Part shown: positions 1 to 10,137 of the stretch, in pieces | How positions within the stretch are numbered: the first letter of the stretch is position 1 | Layout of the letters: each line of letters begins with the position of its first letter | Assembly: GCA_002269645.1 (NCBI GenBank) | Contig: NIVC01001514.1 | Coordinates: 1-64,000, forward strand | Source of the DNA: Macrostomum lignano | Taxonomy: Eukaryota | Direction of reading: 5' to 3' | DNA length: 64,000 bases | Notes under the pieces: generated by a model | The model's database searches: none | What the model was told of the DNA's origin: nothing | The model's input: only the letters and a program-made list of their open reading frames with translations | Position numbers and translations under genes: made by a program

Positions 1-2
1 CT

Positions 3-110
3 ACCGGCGAGGACAAGCGCGAACTCGCGCGTTATGTCGACTGTCTGCTGGCTGACGCGCGGCGCCCCGGACACTGCTGTGGTGCGGCCTTTGTCGCGCC
101 CAAGCCATGA
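3..110 (+). CDS. Possible 3' end of an upstream coding exon (TGEDKRELARYVDCLLADARRPGHCCGAAFVAPKP*), product unknown
   Basis: GC-rich open frame from the window edge to TGA at 108-110, followed by AT-rich UTR-like sequence; no recognisable motif. Confidence 0.35.
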   Translation, partial: TGEDKRELARYVDCLLADARRPGHCCGAAFVAPKP

Positions 111-271
111 AGCGCGCCCTGTGATGCTGACTTTTGCCATCCTGACAGCGTATTTTGTTGTTTGTTGTTGTCAGAATTTTATTTAATACGCAATACTCAA
201 TTTTTGGACCATGACTACTTTGGAATTCTCAATGGATAAGCGCTAATGTGCTGTACGTAATAAAGGACAGG

Positions 272-500
272 TAGGTTGGGTTGTAGCCTTAGGTTATAGG
301 TTGGAGCGTTGGACTCACAACTAAAAGGTCGGGGGTTCGATTCCTGACCCACTCGAACAATTCGTGTCTTTGAGCAAGACACTTAACTCTGCATTGCTTC
401 AGTTCACCCAGCTGTAAAATGGGTGCCAGCATTAGCTGGGGTAATTGAGGCTGTGTGTGGCGACCCCCCAGTCCTTGCACTGAACAGCCGTGGACAGGTG
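272..500 (+). mobile_element. tRNA-derived SINE
   Basis: tRNA-like head with B-box GGTTCGATTCC (~334-344), then GTGTCTTTGAGCAAGACACTTAAC...CACCCAGCTGTAAAATGGGTGCC, resembling conserved central domains of metazoan SINEs; superfamily not assigned. Confidence 0.65.
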
Positions 501-526
501 TAGTGTAGTAAGATATTTAATTAGGC

Positions 527-625
527 TGATGTAACTAACCACGCTTTGGTCGCGGGATAGGGCGGGGAACTTTTTCGAGAAGTGCCGCCATCACCGTGCA
601 CTCTTGCGCAGAGCCGTCGCGCAAG
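527..625 (+). mobile_element. 5' terminal fragment of the same LTR-like family as 41517-43732
   Basis: TGATGTAACTAACCACGCTTTGGTCGCGGGATAGGGCGGGGAACTTTTTCGAGAAGTGCC aligns by eye with TGATGTAACCACGCTCTGGTCGCGGGATAGGGCATGGGAACTTTTTCGAAAGTGCC at 41517. Confidence 0.75.
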
Positions 626-692
626 TATGCAAGCTGATTGTTTTCCAGTGTTTGTAACAATAAAAAATGACGAGTATCAGTGCGCGCTCATG

Positions 693-1477
693 TTAACTGC
701 ACAGAGAGCCGTCCACCTGAGCGATGCTCACCTTGCCGAAGACTTCACCGTTGCCGCCTGTCGTTCCCGCGGGCTTGCCGGATGAGCTCGCGTAGCTGCC
801 GCCGCTGCCTCCGTAGCCGTCATCGCTGTCGCCGGATCCTCCACAACCGCCAGAGAAGCCGCTCCTCCCGCCGCCGCCTCCATTGTCACCATCGTTGTTG
901 CCGCCTCCTCCTCCGCCAAAGCCGCCGAAGCCGTTGCTGCCGGTTCCCGCGTTGCCGCCGGCCCAGCTGCCGCCGATGCCTCTTCCACCGTGGCCTCCGC
1001 CATTGCCAGTGGCTCGAGCTGCTCCGTCTGAGCTCCAGCCAGCTCCGCCCGCGCCAGAGTTATCGTTGCTGTCTCCGTCACCGCCTTGTCCGTCGGATGT
1101 GTCGCAAGAGCCTCCGGTGCTGCTTGTTCCGTCCTTACCGACCGACGAGGAAGACTCGGCGCCGCCGCCTCCTCCGCCACCGGCCGCCAGCAGCAGCGTG
1201 TTGGGGCCGGTTGTGTACACAAAGCTGCCGCCTCCTCCGCCTCCTATGCCTCCTCCGCCGCTGCTGCCGCTGTTTCCCGGCTTGCCAACAACAAGCGTGA
1301 GAGCTTGCGACGTGGTCAGCATGAAATTGGCGCTCTTGAATGCGCCTCTGCCGCCGTTCGCGTTAGCGGATGACTTGCCGCCTCTGGCGCCCCAAGCCGA
1401 GATTCGATAGCAGCCGTCGGTCGGCGGAGTGAAAGTCTGCACCGATCCAGTTTGGTTGCTCGAGTCCGACGGAGGAG
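693..1477 (-). CDS. Copy 1 exon 2: ALK/LTK-type glycine-rich domain
   Basis: Motifs QTFTPPTDGCYRISAWGARGG, GGRGA, LTLVVGKPG, GGGGGSFV, LLLAAGGGGG match the ALK/LTK glycine-rich domain pattern; open to TAA at 693. Confidence 0.85.
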
Positions 1478-2244
1478 CTGGAGGGAGTTCCGTATGTTGT
1501 ATTGCTATAGTCTGATACAGTGCTCGCTAATGGCACCCATGACCCGGCATTTAGATCGGAAGATCTCATGCTCAACTTACCATGAAATGCGGTTTGTGCA
1601 GTGGTTGTTGTTTGGGTTGTAGTTGTAGTCGTAGTTGTAGTTGTAGTTGGTGTTGTAGTTGTAGTTGGTGTTGTAGTTGTAGTAGTAGTTGTAGTTGGTG
1701 TTGTAGTTGTAGTTGGTGTTGTAGTTGTAGTTGATGTTGTAGTTGTAGTTGGTGTTGTAGTTGTAGTTGGTGTTGTAGTTGTAGTTGGTGTTGTAGTTGT
1801 AGTTGGTGTTGTAGTTGTAGTTGATGTTGTAGTTGTAGTTGTAGTTGGTGTTGTAGTTGTAGTTGTAGTAGCAACTGCTCCAGTCGAGGCTGCAGTTGTG
1901 GCTGCAGTGTCGCTCGTGGACGCGCACGCTGCCCGATCTCGAAGCGTCTGCGTGTCGCACGCCGGCCGCCGGTGCTCTGCCACTTCAGCAGCAGGTCGCA
2001 GCTGTTGCAAGGACGCAGGATTTGTTGCCAGGCAGGTATTGGTAGACGGAGCACAAACTGGTGTTGACCGCGCACTCAACCGCGCACACTCGAGAGTCAA
2101 CAACTCCGAGCACTTTGCGCTGGTCGCCAGCAGCCGGGGCCGCCTCCGCGAAGCACAGGTCCGGCCTCTTGTCGAAGACGAAGGTCTCACCGGCAGCTCG
2201 AGAGCTCAGATGGCCACGATGACGGCAATGCTCGATAAGGACAT
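693..2244 (-). pseudogene. Copy 1: signal peptide + PAN/apple-like Cys segment + Thr-rich stalk + ALK/LTK-like glycine-rich domain; exon 1 (2244-1581) frameshifted, exon 2 (1477-693) intact
   Basis: ATG 2244 MSLSSIAVIVAI then TGA 2208-2206 (1 nt shorter than copy 3, which reads ...AIWSSRAAGETF). Downstream frame ...RVCAVECAVNTSLCSVYQYLPGNKSCVL. Thr/Pro repeat ~1600-1870. GTAAGT..CAG intron 1580-1478 in phase 1 joins TAFH-A-PPSDSSNQTGSVQTFTPPTDGCYRISAWGARGG. Confidence 0.75.
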
Positions 2245-2699
2245 TTTGGAAGGCCGTCCAGTAAGTAGGAATGAGAAGGCAGCACTGAGTGAGAGGCTGT
2301 GAGCTTGAGATCTCAACAAACTGGGGAAGTAGCGCAGACCCGATGCAGTCAAACTCTGCTTTAGTAGGAAAGTCTATTGTCTTGGGGCCTGCCTAATGTT
2401 TCCATGGAAACTTTGAGAAACAAACTGACAGAGAGAAAATGTGAGAGAGTGAGAGAGGAGGGGAGCGAGAGTGGGAAACGAGAGGCCACAGTAGCGTACG
2501 AGCGTAGCTTGAAATGGGAGGCGATAATGGGAGGGGATAACTCCTGATGGGGAGATAAAAGCTGTAAATGTTAGAAAACGCAAAAAGACTCAGTTTTTGT
2601 TAAAGTCTGTGCCACAAAAATTTCTACCAATGGGGGGCTTATCACGGTCTACTGAGAGACGAGTCTTAAGAATGGATGGGTGCTCTGCAACAAACGACT

Positions 2700-3480
2700 T
2701 GGCAAACTTTCTATAGTAATCTCTATTCGTGAAGGCACTTAGCGTCGTTACCCAAAGAACTTCTCTTTTGAGGAAGGCTATCCATTAGCGGTCGATATTT
2801 CAGCTCTTCCATTTTAAGCTGATGTTAAATGAGACCCATGGTATGCCTGGCGCGCGCCATCAGTGTTGGGGGGTGGTGCATATTTTCTTTCTAGTTTTAG
2901 GCTTGCTGACAGAACCATACTGAAGGCACTACGGGCGACAAAGCATTTAAGGCAAGAGAGATTTCAGGCAAAGAATCGACTGAATCCGTCGGGAAGTTAT
3001 ATAAAAGCCCTCTAAAAGCCAGAAAAACAAAATTATTAGTGAATTGACCTTGTCAGAGACCATTTTGGTAGTCAATGAGCTGCCAATAGCACTGATGATA
3101 CTGGCACAGAGAATTTCGATTGGACACCACTTAAAAATATCTCCCTCGCCTCTGTAATATTCTTCACTTTTGTTGTTGCTTGTTACGTCAGTGATGTGAC
3201 TCAATAGCTCGTTCACGCTGCCATGAAATCACACATAGGATGTACAAAGATACAGCAGCTTGTGAACGAGTCGTGTGATTACGCAAATATTGGGCTCCTG
3301 TGATGGCAGCGCCGAAGTAGCTTTGAACTGAGCTGCATTTACATGTAGATGTCTTCAACATGACTTTACATGTCTTTAACTATTTAACAGGGTAGCGCTT
3401 TCTTTGACTCTAACGCAGAAACTGCTCTATAGTGCATATACGGTGCTGACGGTGGCAGACAGGCGGCCTTGATGTTGCTA
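2700..3480 (-). pseudogene. Possible highly degenerate rhodopsin-type GPCR remnant (paralogue of 6330-7180)
   Basis: Fragments AVSLYILCVISWQRERAI (TM3/DRY-like) and YWQLIDY; shares TGGCAGCT(C/G)ATTGACTAC with ~6610-6630; multiple stops and frameshifts. Confidence 0.25.
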
Positions 3481-3526
3481 CCTCTTCGGTCTCGTGCCGC
3501 ATATGTTGCGCTTGGGCTCTCAGACC

Positions 3527-4777
3527 GACAGATGGAAGACTGCATGCTCGAGATCGACAGATGGGAGACTGCATGCTCACATGTTCGAGATCCGACAGAT
3601 GGGAGACTACATGCTCACATGTTCGAGATCCGACAGATGGGAGACTGCATGCTCACATGTTCGAGATCCGACAGATGGGAGACTGCATGCTCACATGTTC
3701 GAGATCCGACAGATGGAAGACTGCATGCTCGAGATCCGACAGATGGGAGACTGCATGCTCACATGTTCGAGATCCGACAGATGGGAGACTACATGCTCAC
3801 ATGTTCGAGATCCGACAGATGGGAGACTGCATGCTCACATGTTCGAGATCCGACAGATGGGAGACTGCATGCTCACATGCTCGAGATCCGACAGATGGGA
3901 GACTGCATGCTCGAGATCCGACAGATGGGAGACTGCATGCTCACATGCTCGAGATCGACAGATAGGAGACTGCATGCTCACATGCTCGAGATCCGACAGA
4001 TAGGAGACTGCATGCTCGAGATCCGACAGATAGGAGACTGCATGCTCACATGCTCGAGATCCGACAGATAGGAGACTGCATGCTCACATGCTCGAGATCC
4101 GACAGATAGGAGACTGCATGCTCGAGATCTGACAGATGGGAGACTGCATGCTCGAGATCCGACAGATAGGAGACTGCATGCTCACATGCTCGAGATCTGA
4201 CAGATGGGAGACTGCATGCTCACATGCTCGAGATCTGACAGATGGGAGACTGCATGCTCGAGATCCGACAGATAGGAGACTGCATGCTCACATGCTCGAG
4301 ATCTGACAGATGGGAGACTGCATGCTCACATGCTCGAGATCTGACAGATGGGAGACTGCATGCTCGAGATCCGACAGATGGGAGACTGCATGCTCGAGAT
4401 CCGACAGATAGGAGACTGCATGCTCACATGCTCGAGATCCCACAGATGCGAGACTGCATGCTCGAGATCCGACAGATAGGAGACTGCATGCTCGAGATCC
4501 GACAGATGGGAGACTGCATGCTCGAGATCCGACAGATGGGAGACTGCATGCTCGAGATCCGACAGATGGGAGACTGCATGCTCGAGATCTGACAGATGGG
4601 AGACTGCATGCTCGAGATCCGACAGATAGGAGACTGCATGCTCGAGATCCGACAGATGGGAGACTGCATGCTCGAGATCTGACAGATGGGAGACTGCATG
4701 CTCGAGATCCGACAGATAGGAGACTGCATGCTCACATGCTCGAGATCCCACAGATGCGAGACTGCATGCTCGAGATC
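3527..4777. repeat. Minisatellite, 28/38-bp units GATCCGACAGATGGGAGACTGCATGCTC(ACATGTTC)GA
   Basis: Direct inspection; repeat-derived ORFs in all frames. Confidence 0.95.
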
Positions 4778-5017
4778 CTTCTCAACCGTGCATTCCCATG
4801 TGCAGATTGCGAACTTCTGGAATCTGCATTCCGGCAGTTGGAGGAGCCCAAAAGCCTGACACTGTCCCATACCGACCCATTGCATGATGTAGTCACACAG
4901 CTACAACTTGTGTGATCGCTGAAAGCTATAGAGAGTCTCCGTATTAACGTGGTTCATTCTATAAGAATTTACTTCAAATAAGAGAGTTTTATTGACATAA
5001 GTTCCCGAAGGATTCAG

Positions 5018-5990
5018 TCGACAGCTACAACTACAACTACAACACCAACTACAGCTACAACCCAAACAACAACCACTGCACAAACCGCATTTCATGGTAA
5101 GTTGAGCATGAGATCTTCCGATCTAAATGCCGGGTCATGGGTGCCATTAGCGAACACTGTATCAGATTATAGCAATACAACACACGGAACTCCCTCCAGC
5201 TCCTCCGTCGGACTCGAGCAACCAAACTGGATCAGTGCAGACTTTCACTCCGCCGACCGACGGCTGCTATCGAATCTCGGCTTGGGGCGCCAGAGGCGGC
5301 AAGTCATCCGCTAACGCGAACGGCGGCAGAGGCGCATTCAAGAGCGCCAATTTCATGCTGACCACGTCGCAAACTCTCACGCTTGTTGTTGGCAAGCCGG
5401 GAAACAGCGGCAGCAGCGGCGGAGGAGGCGGAGGAGGCGGAGGAGGCGGCAGCTTTGTGTACACAACCGGCCCCAACACGCTGCTGCTGGCGGCCGGTGG
5501 CGGAGGAGGCGGCGGCGCCGAGTCTTCCTCGTCGATCGGCAGAAACGGAACAAGCAGCACCGAAGGCTCTTGCGGCACATCAGACGGACAAGGCGGTGAC
5601 GGAGACAGCAACGATAACTCTGGCGCGGGCGGAGCTGGCTGGAGCTCAGATGGAGCAGCTCAAGCCACTGGCAATGGCGGAGGCCACGGTGGAAGAGGCA
5701 TCGGCGGCAGCTGGGCCGGAGGCAACGCAGGGACGGGTAGCAACGGCTTCGGCGGCTTCGGCGGAGGCGGTGGAGGCGGCAACAACGATGGTGACAATGG
5801 AGGCGGCGGCGGAGGCGGCGGCTTCTCTGGCTGTTGCGGAGGATCCGGCGACAGCGATGACGGCTACGGAGGCGGCGGCGGCAGCTACGCGAGCTCATCC
5901 GGCAAGCAGGCCACGGGAGCGACCGGCGGCAACGGTGAAGTCTTCGGCAAGGTGAACATCGCTCAGGTGGACGGCTCTCTGTGCAGTTAA
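5018..5990 (+). pseudogene. Copy 2 of the glycine-rich-domain gene, 5'-truncated (no signal peptide or Cys segment visible)
   Basis: Short Thr-run remnant 5018-5096, intron 5097-5199 (GTAAGT..CCAG), intact exon 2 5200-5990. Upstream sequence is unrelated to copy 1/3 exon 1. A weak TTCAG acceptor at 5017 cannot be excluded. Confidence 0.7.
5200..5990 (+). CDS. Copy 2 exon 2: ALK/LTK-type glycine-rich domain
   Basis: Same motifs as copy 1; ORF 5235-5990 is open and extends back to the acceptor at 5199. Confidence 0.85.
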
Positions 5991-6329
5991 CATGAGCACT
6001 CAGTCATTAGTTTGCTACTGTTTAAAAAATACAGGAAAATAAGGGGCTTGTGAATTGGATCAACTATTTGAAGGAACGCCGTTTTTTATTAATTTCATGT
6101 TTTAATGTACCAACCGACAAACTGACTAACTTCCTTTGATGGTATAAATTAGATTTCTTCCTTTTTGAGTATATTTATGATTAAATATTTTTATTATATT
6201 TAATTTTGCTTGCAACTAGGGTGATCGATCTTTCTAATTAAATATTGAATATAAAATTCGTTTATTCACAAAGCCAGCCAAGCTTTGTTTGACTTTCTCT
6301 GCTGGTTTTGTGCTGTTCAGTTGTGAATT

Positions 6330-7180
6330 ATGATTTATGCAGCCATGGCCATATTTGCCGTAATCCACTGACCCATGTTAATAAGCTTGAGTGCTTTGTC
6401 TGAAAAATTAAACTTTTTTTCTTGAAAGACTTGATCCTTTCTCTGAACGTTTTCATGTAAAAAGCTATCCGAGTTTTGCTACTTACAGTAGGGTGACACG
6501 TATTTCTGAACTGGTTTTGTTGAACTGGAATAAACGGGCGAGTCAGTCTGATGCAGTGATTATTCTTTAAGTTTTTTTCTAAAGGAAAGATCATTCGAGT
6601 TCTGTAGTCAATCAGCTGCCACTGGCCCCAATCCCTCAAACTATGATACTGCTGGCATGGGAGTTTCGTTTAGAAACCGTAACTAAAACACTTGTAGAAC
6701 ACCCCAGCTGATGGGCGCTTTTTCCCACATAATGTTTGCTCTGGCTCGATCACAGACTTGAATCGCCAGCACGGGCTGCTACCATTTATTTTCATCGGCT
6801 TGTAGCTGAAAGATGCGATGCGCATAGGAAATGCTAGCACTCGTAGAAAAATTAAAGTTGAGCTTGATAAACACATTTTGGCGTTTGTCAGCCACGAACC
6901 AATAAGCCAGTGATCCGTCTCAGCCATAACAGTGGCGTTGCAGCGACTCTAACCGGACGCAATGAGCAAGGAGCCAGCCAAAACAGCAGGCGATCCAACA
7001 AAGTCTGCGGGACGAGGGAGAGCCAAGTCGGCTACAATCTCTGCAAGCCGCAATGGAGCAGCTCGGCCAAGAAGAAGAAGGCGTCAGGTAAGCCTGGAAG
7101 CAAGTCGTTCAGTGATTCGTACAGCAGGTTCATGACATTGCCGGGATATTTGCAGCGGAGACACGCGCGGCTCTCAAGTG
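6330..7180 (-). pseudogene. Possible degenerate rhodopsin-type GPCR remnant
   Basis: Ordered fragments PGNVMNLL (TM1-like), STLIFLRVLAFPMR (TM3-ICL2-like), WQLIDYRTRMIFPL (TM5-like), AFYMKTFRERIKSF (helix 8-like), interrupted by stops. Confidence 0.3.
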
Positions 7181-7194
7181 GAGATGAATTACTC

Positions 7195-8375
7195 AATGTG
7201 CCCTTCAACTCTGCCCTTCAACTGTATCCTTCCACTGTGCCCTTCCACTGTGCACTTCAACTGTGACATTCCACTGTGCCTTCAACTGTACCCTTCCACT
7301 GTATCCTTCCACTGTGCCCTTCCACTGTGCCCTTCAACTCTGCGAACCCACTGTACCCTTCCACTGTACCCTTCCACTGTACCCTTCCACTGTGCCCTTC
7401 CACTGTGCACTTCAACTGTGACATTCCACTGTGACATTCCACTGTACCCTTCCACTGTACCCTTCCACTGTGCCCTTCCACTGTGCACTTCAACTGTGAC
7501 ATTCCACTGTGCCCTTCCACTGTACCCTTCCACACTGTGCCCTTCCACTGTGCCCTTCCACTGTACCCTTCCACACTGTGCCCTTCAACTGTGACATTCC
7601 ACTGTGCCCTTCCACTGTGCCCTTCCACTGTACCCTTCCACACTGTGCCCTTCCACTGTGCCCTTCAACTGTGACATTCCACTGTGACATTCCACTGTGC
7701 CCTTCCACTGTGCCCTTCCACTGTGCCCTTCCACTGTGACATTCCACTGTGCCCTTCCACTGTGCCCTTCCACACTGTGCCCTTCCACTGTGCCCTTCAA
7801 CTGTGACATTCCATTGTGACATTCCACTGTGCCCTTCCACTGTGCCCTTCCACTGTGACATTCCACTGTGACATTCCACTGTGCCCTTCCACACTGTGCC
7901 CTTCAACTGTGACATTCCACTGTGCCCTTCCACACTGTGCCCTTCCACTGTGCCCTTCAACTGTGACATTCCACTGTGACATTCCACTGTGACATTCCAC
8001 TGTGCCCTTCCACTGTGCCCTTCAACTGTGACATTCCACTGTGACATTCCACTGTGACATTCCACTGTGCCCTTCCACTGTGCCCTTCCACACTGTGCCC
8101 TTCCACTGTGCCCTTCAACTGTGACATTCCACTGTGACATTCCACTGTGCCCTTCCACTGTGCCCTTCAACTGTGACATTCCACTGTGACATTCCACTGT
8201 GCCCTTCCACTGTGCCCTTCAACTGTGACATTCCACTGTGACATTCCACTGTGCCCTTCCACTGTGCCCTTCAACTGTGACATTCCACTGTGACATTCCA
8301 CTGTGCCCTTCCACCGTGCCCTTCCACTGTGCCCTTCAACTCTGCGAACCCACTGTAACCTTCCACTGTACCCTT
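7195..8375. repeat. Compound minisatellite of ~13-bp units (CCACTGTGCCCTT / CCACTGTGACATT)
   Basis: Direct inspection. Confidence 0.95.
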
Positions 8376-9055
8376 CCAATGTGCCCAGCACTGATCGCAC
8401 AGCTTTTAGATCCTTCCAAAGCCTGACTCAAGCGTGAAGAAGTCACAGAGCCATAACGTTGCTATAGAGAGTAAATAGCTCATATTAACGTGTTTCAGTT
8501 TATTAGAGAAAGACTGCTTAATAAAATATACTCGAATAGGTGAACGCTGCCTTTTGCTAGAGAATTTAAAGAGAAACCACAGCATCAGAATGACTCGCCT
8601 ATTTATTTAAGTTTAACAAAACCAATTTGCAGTTGCTAATTCACGTCACCCTACTATAAGTAGTGAAACTTTTATATAAAGACATTCGAAAAAAATCAAA
8701 TTGTACCAGAACAAAATTTTTATTTTTGTGACAAAGCACTCAAGCTTGTTACCATGGGTCAGTGGATTACGGCTAATATGGTCATGGCTGCATAAATCAT
8801 AATTCAGAACTGAGCAGTACAAAGAGAAAGTCAAACGATAATAAATTGGCTTTGTGAAAAAAATATTTAATCAAAAATATATTCAGAAAGTAAGAAGTCT
8901 TAATTGTACGATTGCAAAGTTGCTGGTTTGTCACTAAACATCTTCCAACCCAACATTAATTCAAATGACGTTCCTTCAAATAGTTGATCCAATTCACAAG
9001 CCCATTATTTTCCTGTATTTATAAACAGTAGCAAACTAATGACTGAGTGCTCTTT

Positions 9056-9846
9056 TTAACTGCACAGAGAGCCGTCCACCTGAGCGATGCTCACCTTGCC
9101 GAAGACTTCACCGTTGCCGCCTGTCGTTCCCGCGGCCTGCTTGCCAGATGAGCTCGCGTAGCTGCCACCGCCGCCTCCGTAGCCGTCATCGCTGTCGCCG
9201 GATCCTCCGCAACCGCCAGAGAAGCCGCCGCCTCCGCCGCCGCCTCCATTGTCACCATCGTTGTTGCCGCCTCCGCCGCCTCCGCCGTAGCCGCCGAACC
9301 CGATGCTGCCCGTCCCTGCGTTGCCGCCGGCCCAGCTGCCGCCGATGCCTCTTCCACCGTGGCCTCCGCCATCACTAGTGGCTTGAGCTGCTCCGTCTGA
9401 GCTCCAGCCAGCTCCGCCCGCGCCAGAGTTATCGTTGCTGTCTCCGTCACCGCCTTGTCCGTCTGATGTGCCGCAAGAGCCTTCGGTGCTGCTTGTTCCG
9501 TTTCTGCCGATCGACGAGGAAGACTCGGCGCCGCCGCCTCCTCCGCCACCGGCCGCCAGCAGCAGCGTGTTGGGGCCGGTTGTGTACACAAAGCTGCCGC
9601 CTCCTCCGCCTCCTCCGCCTCCTCCGCCGCTGCTGCCGCTGTTTCCCGGCTTGCCAACAACAAGCGTGAGAGTTTGCGACGTGGTCAGCATGAAATTGGC
9701 GCTCTTGAATGCGCCTCTGCCGCCGTTCGCGTTAGCGGATGACTTGCCGCCTCTGGCGCCCCAAGCCGAGATTCGATAGCAGCCGTCGGTCGGCGGAGTG
9801 AAAGTCTGCACTGATCCAGTTTGGTTGCTCGAGTCCGACGGAGGAG
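9056..9846 (-). CDS. Copy 3 exon 2: ALK/LTK-type glycine-rich domain
   Basis: Near-identical to copy 2 exon 2; open to TAA. Confidence 0.85.
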
Positions 9847-10137
9847 CTGGAGGGAGTTCCGTGTGTTGTATTGCTATAATCTGATACAGTGTTCGCTAAT
9901 GGCACCCATGACCCGGCATTTAGATCGGAAGATCTCATGCTCAACTTACCATGAAATGCGGTTTGTGCAGTGGTTGTTGTTTGGGTTGTAGTTGTAGTCG
10001 AGACAGTAGATGATGCCGTGGTCCCGCACGCTGCCCTCCGCGAAGCACAGGTCCGGCCTCTTGTCGAAGACGAAGGTCTCACCGGCAGCTCGAGAGCTCC
10101 AGATGGCCACGATGACGGCAATGCTCGATAAGGACAT
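9056..10137 (-). pseudogene. Copy 3 of the glycine-rich-domain gene; exon 1 has an internal deletion that throws the Thr-run/exon 2 out of frame
   Basis: ATG 10137 MSLSSIAVIVAIWSSRAAGETFVFDKRPDLCFAE then jumps to sequence matching copy 1 ~1932 (about 210 nt of copy 1 missing). The frame ends RISW* at the donor. Intron 9949-9847; exon 2 9846-9056 intact. Confidence 0.75.

Noticed and set aside
272-350. Genuine tRNA gene
   Set aside because: No convincing cloverleaf or acceptor stem; it continues into a SINE-type body
680-1410. Pro-rich and Arg/Cys-rich ORFs antisense or off-frame to the glycine-rich exons (also at 5267-5955 and 9091-9779)
   Set aside because: Shadow frames of GGC/GGA-rich coding sequence
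1363-2190. 275-aa ORF read as a standalone gene (and the similar 5102-5314 and 9732-10178 ORFs)
   Set aside because: It reads through the 103-bp intron; splicing at GTAAGT/CAG gives the correct frame into the glycine-rich domain
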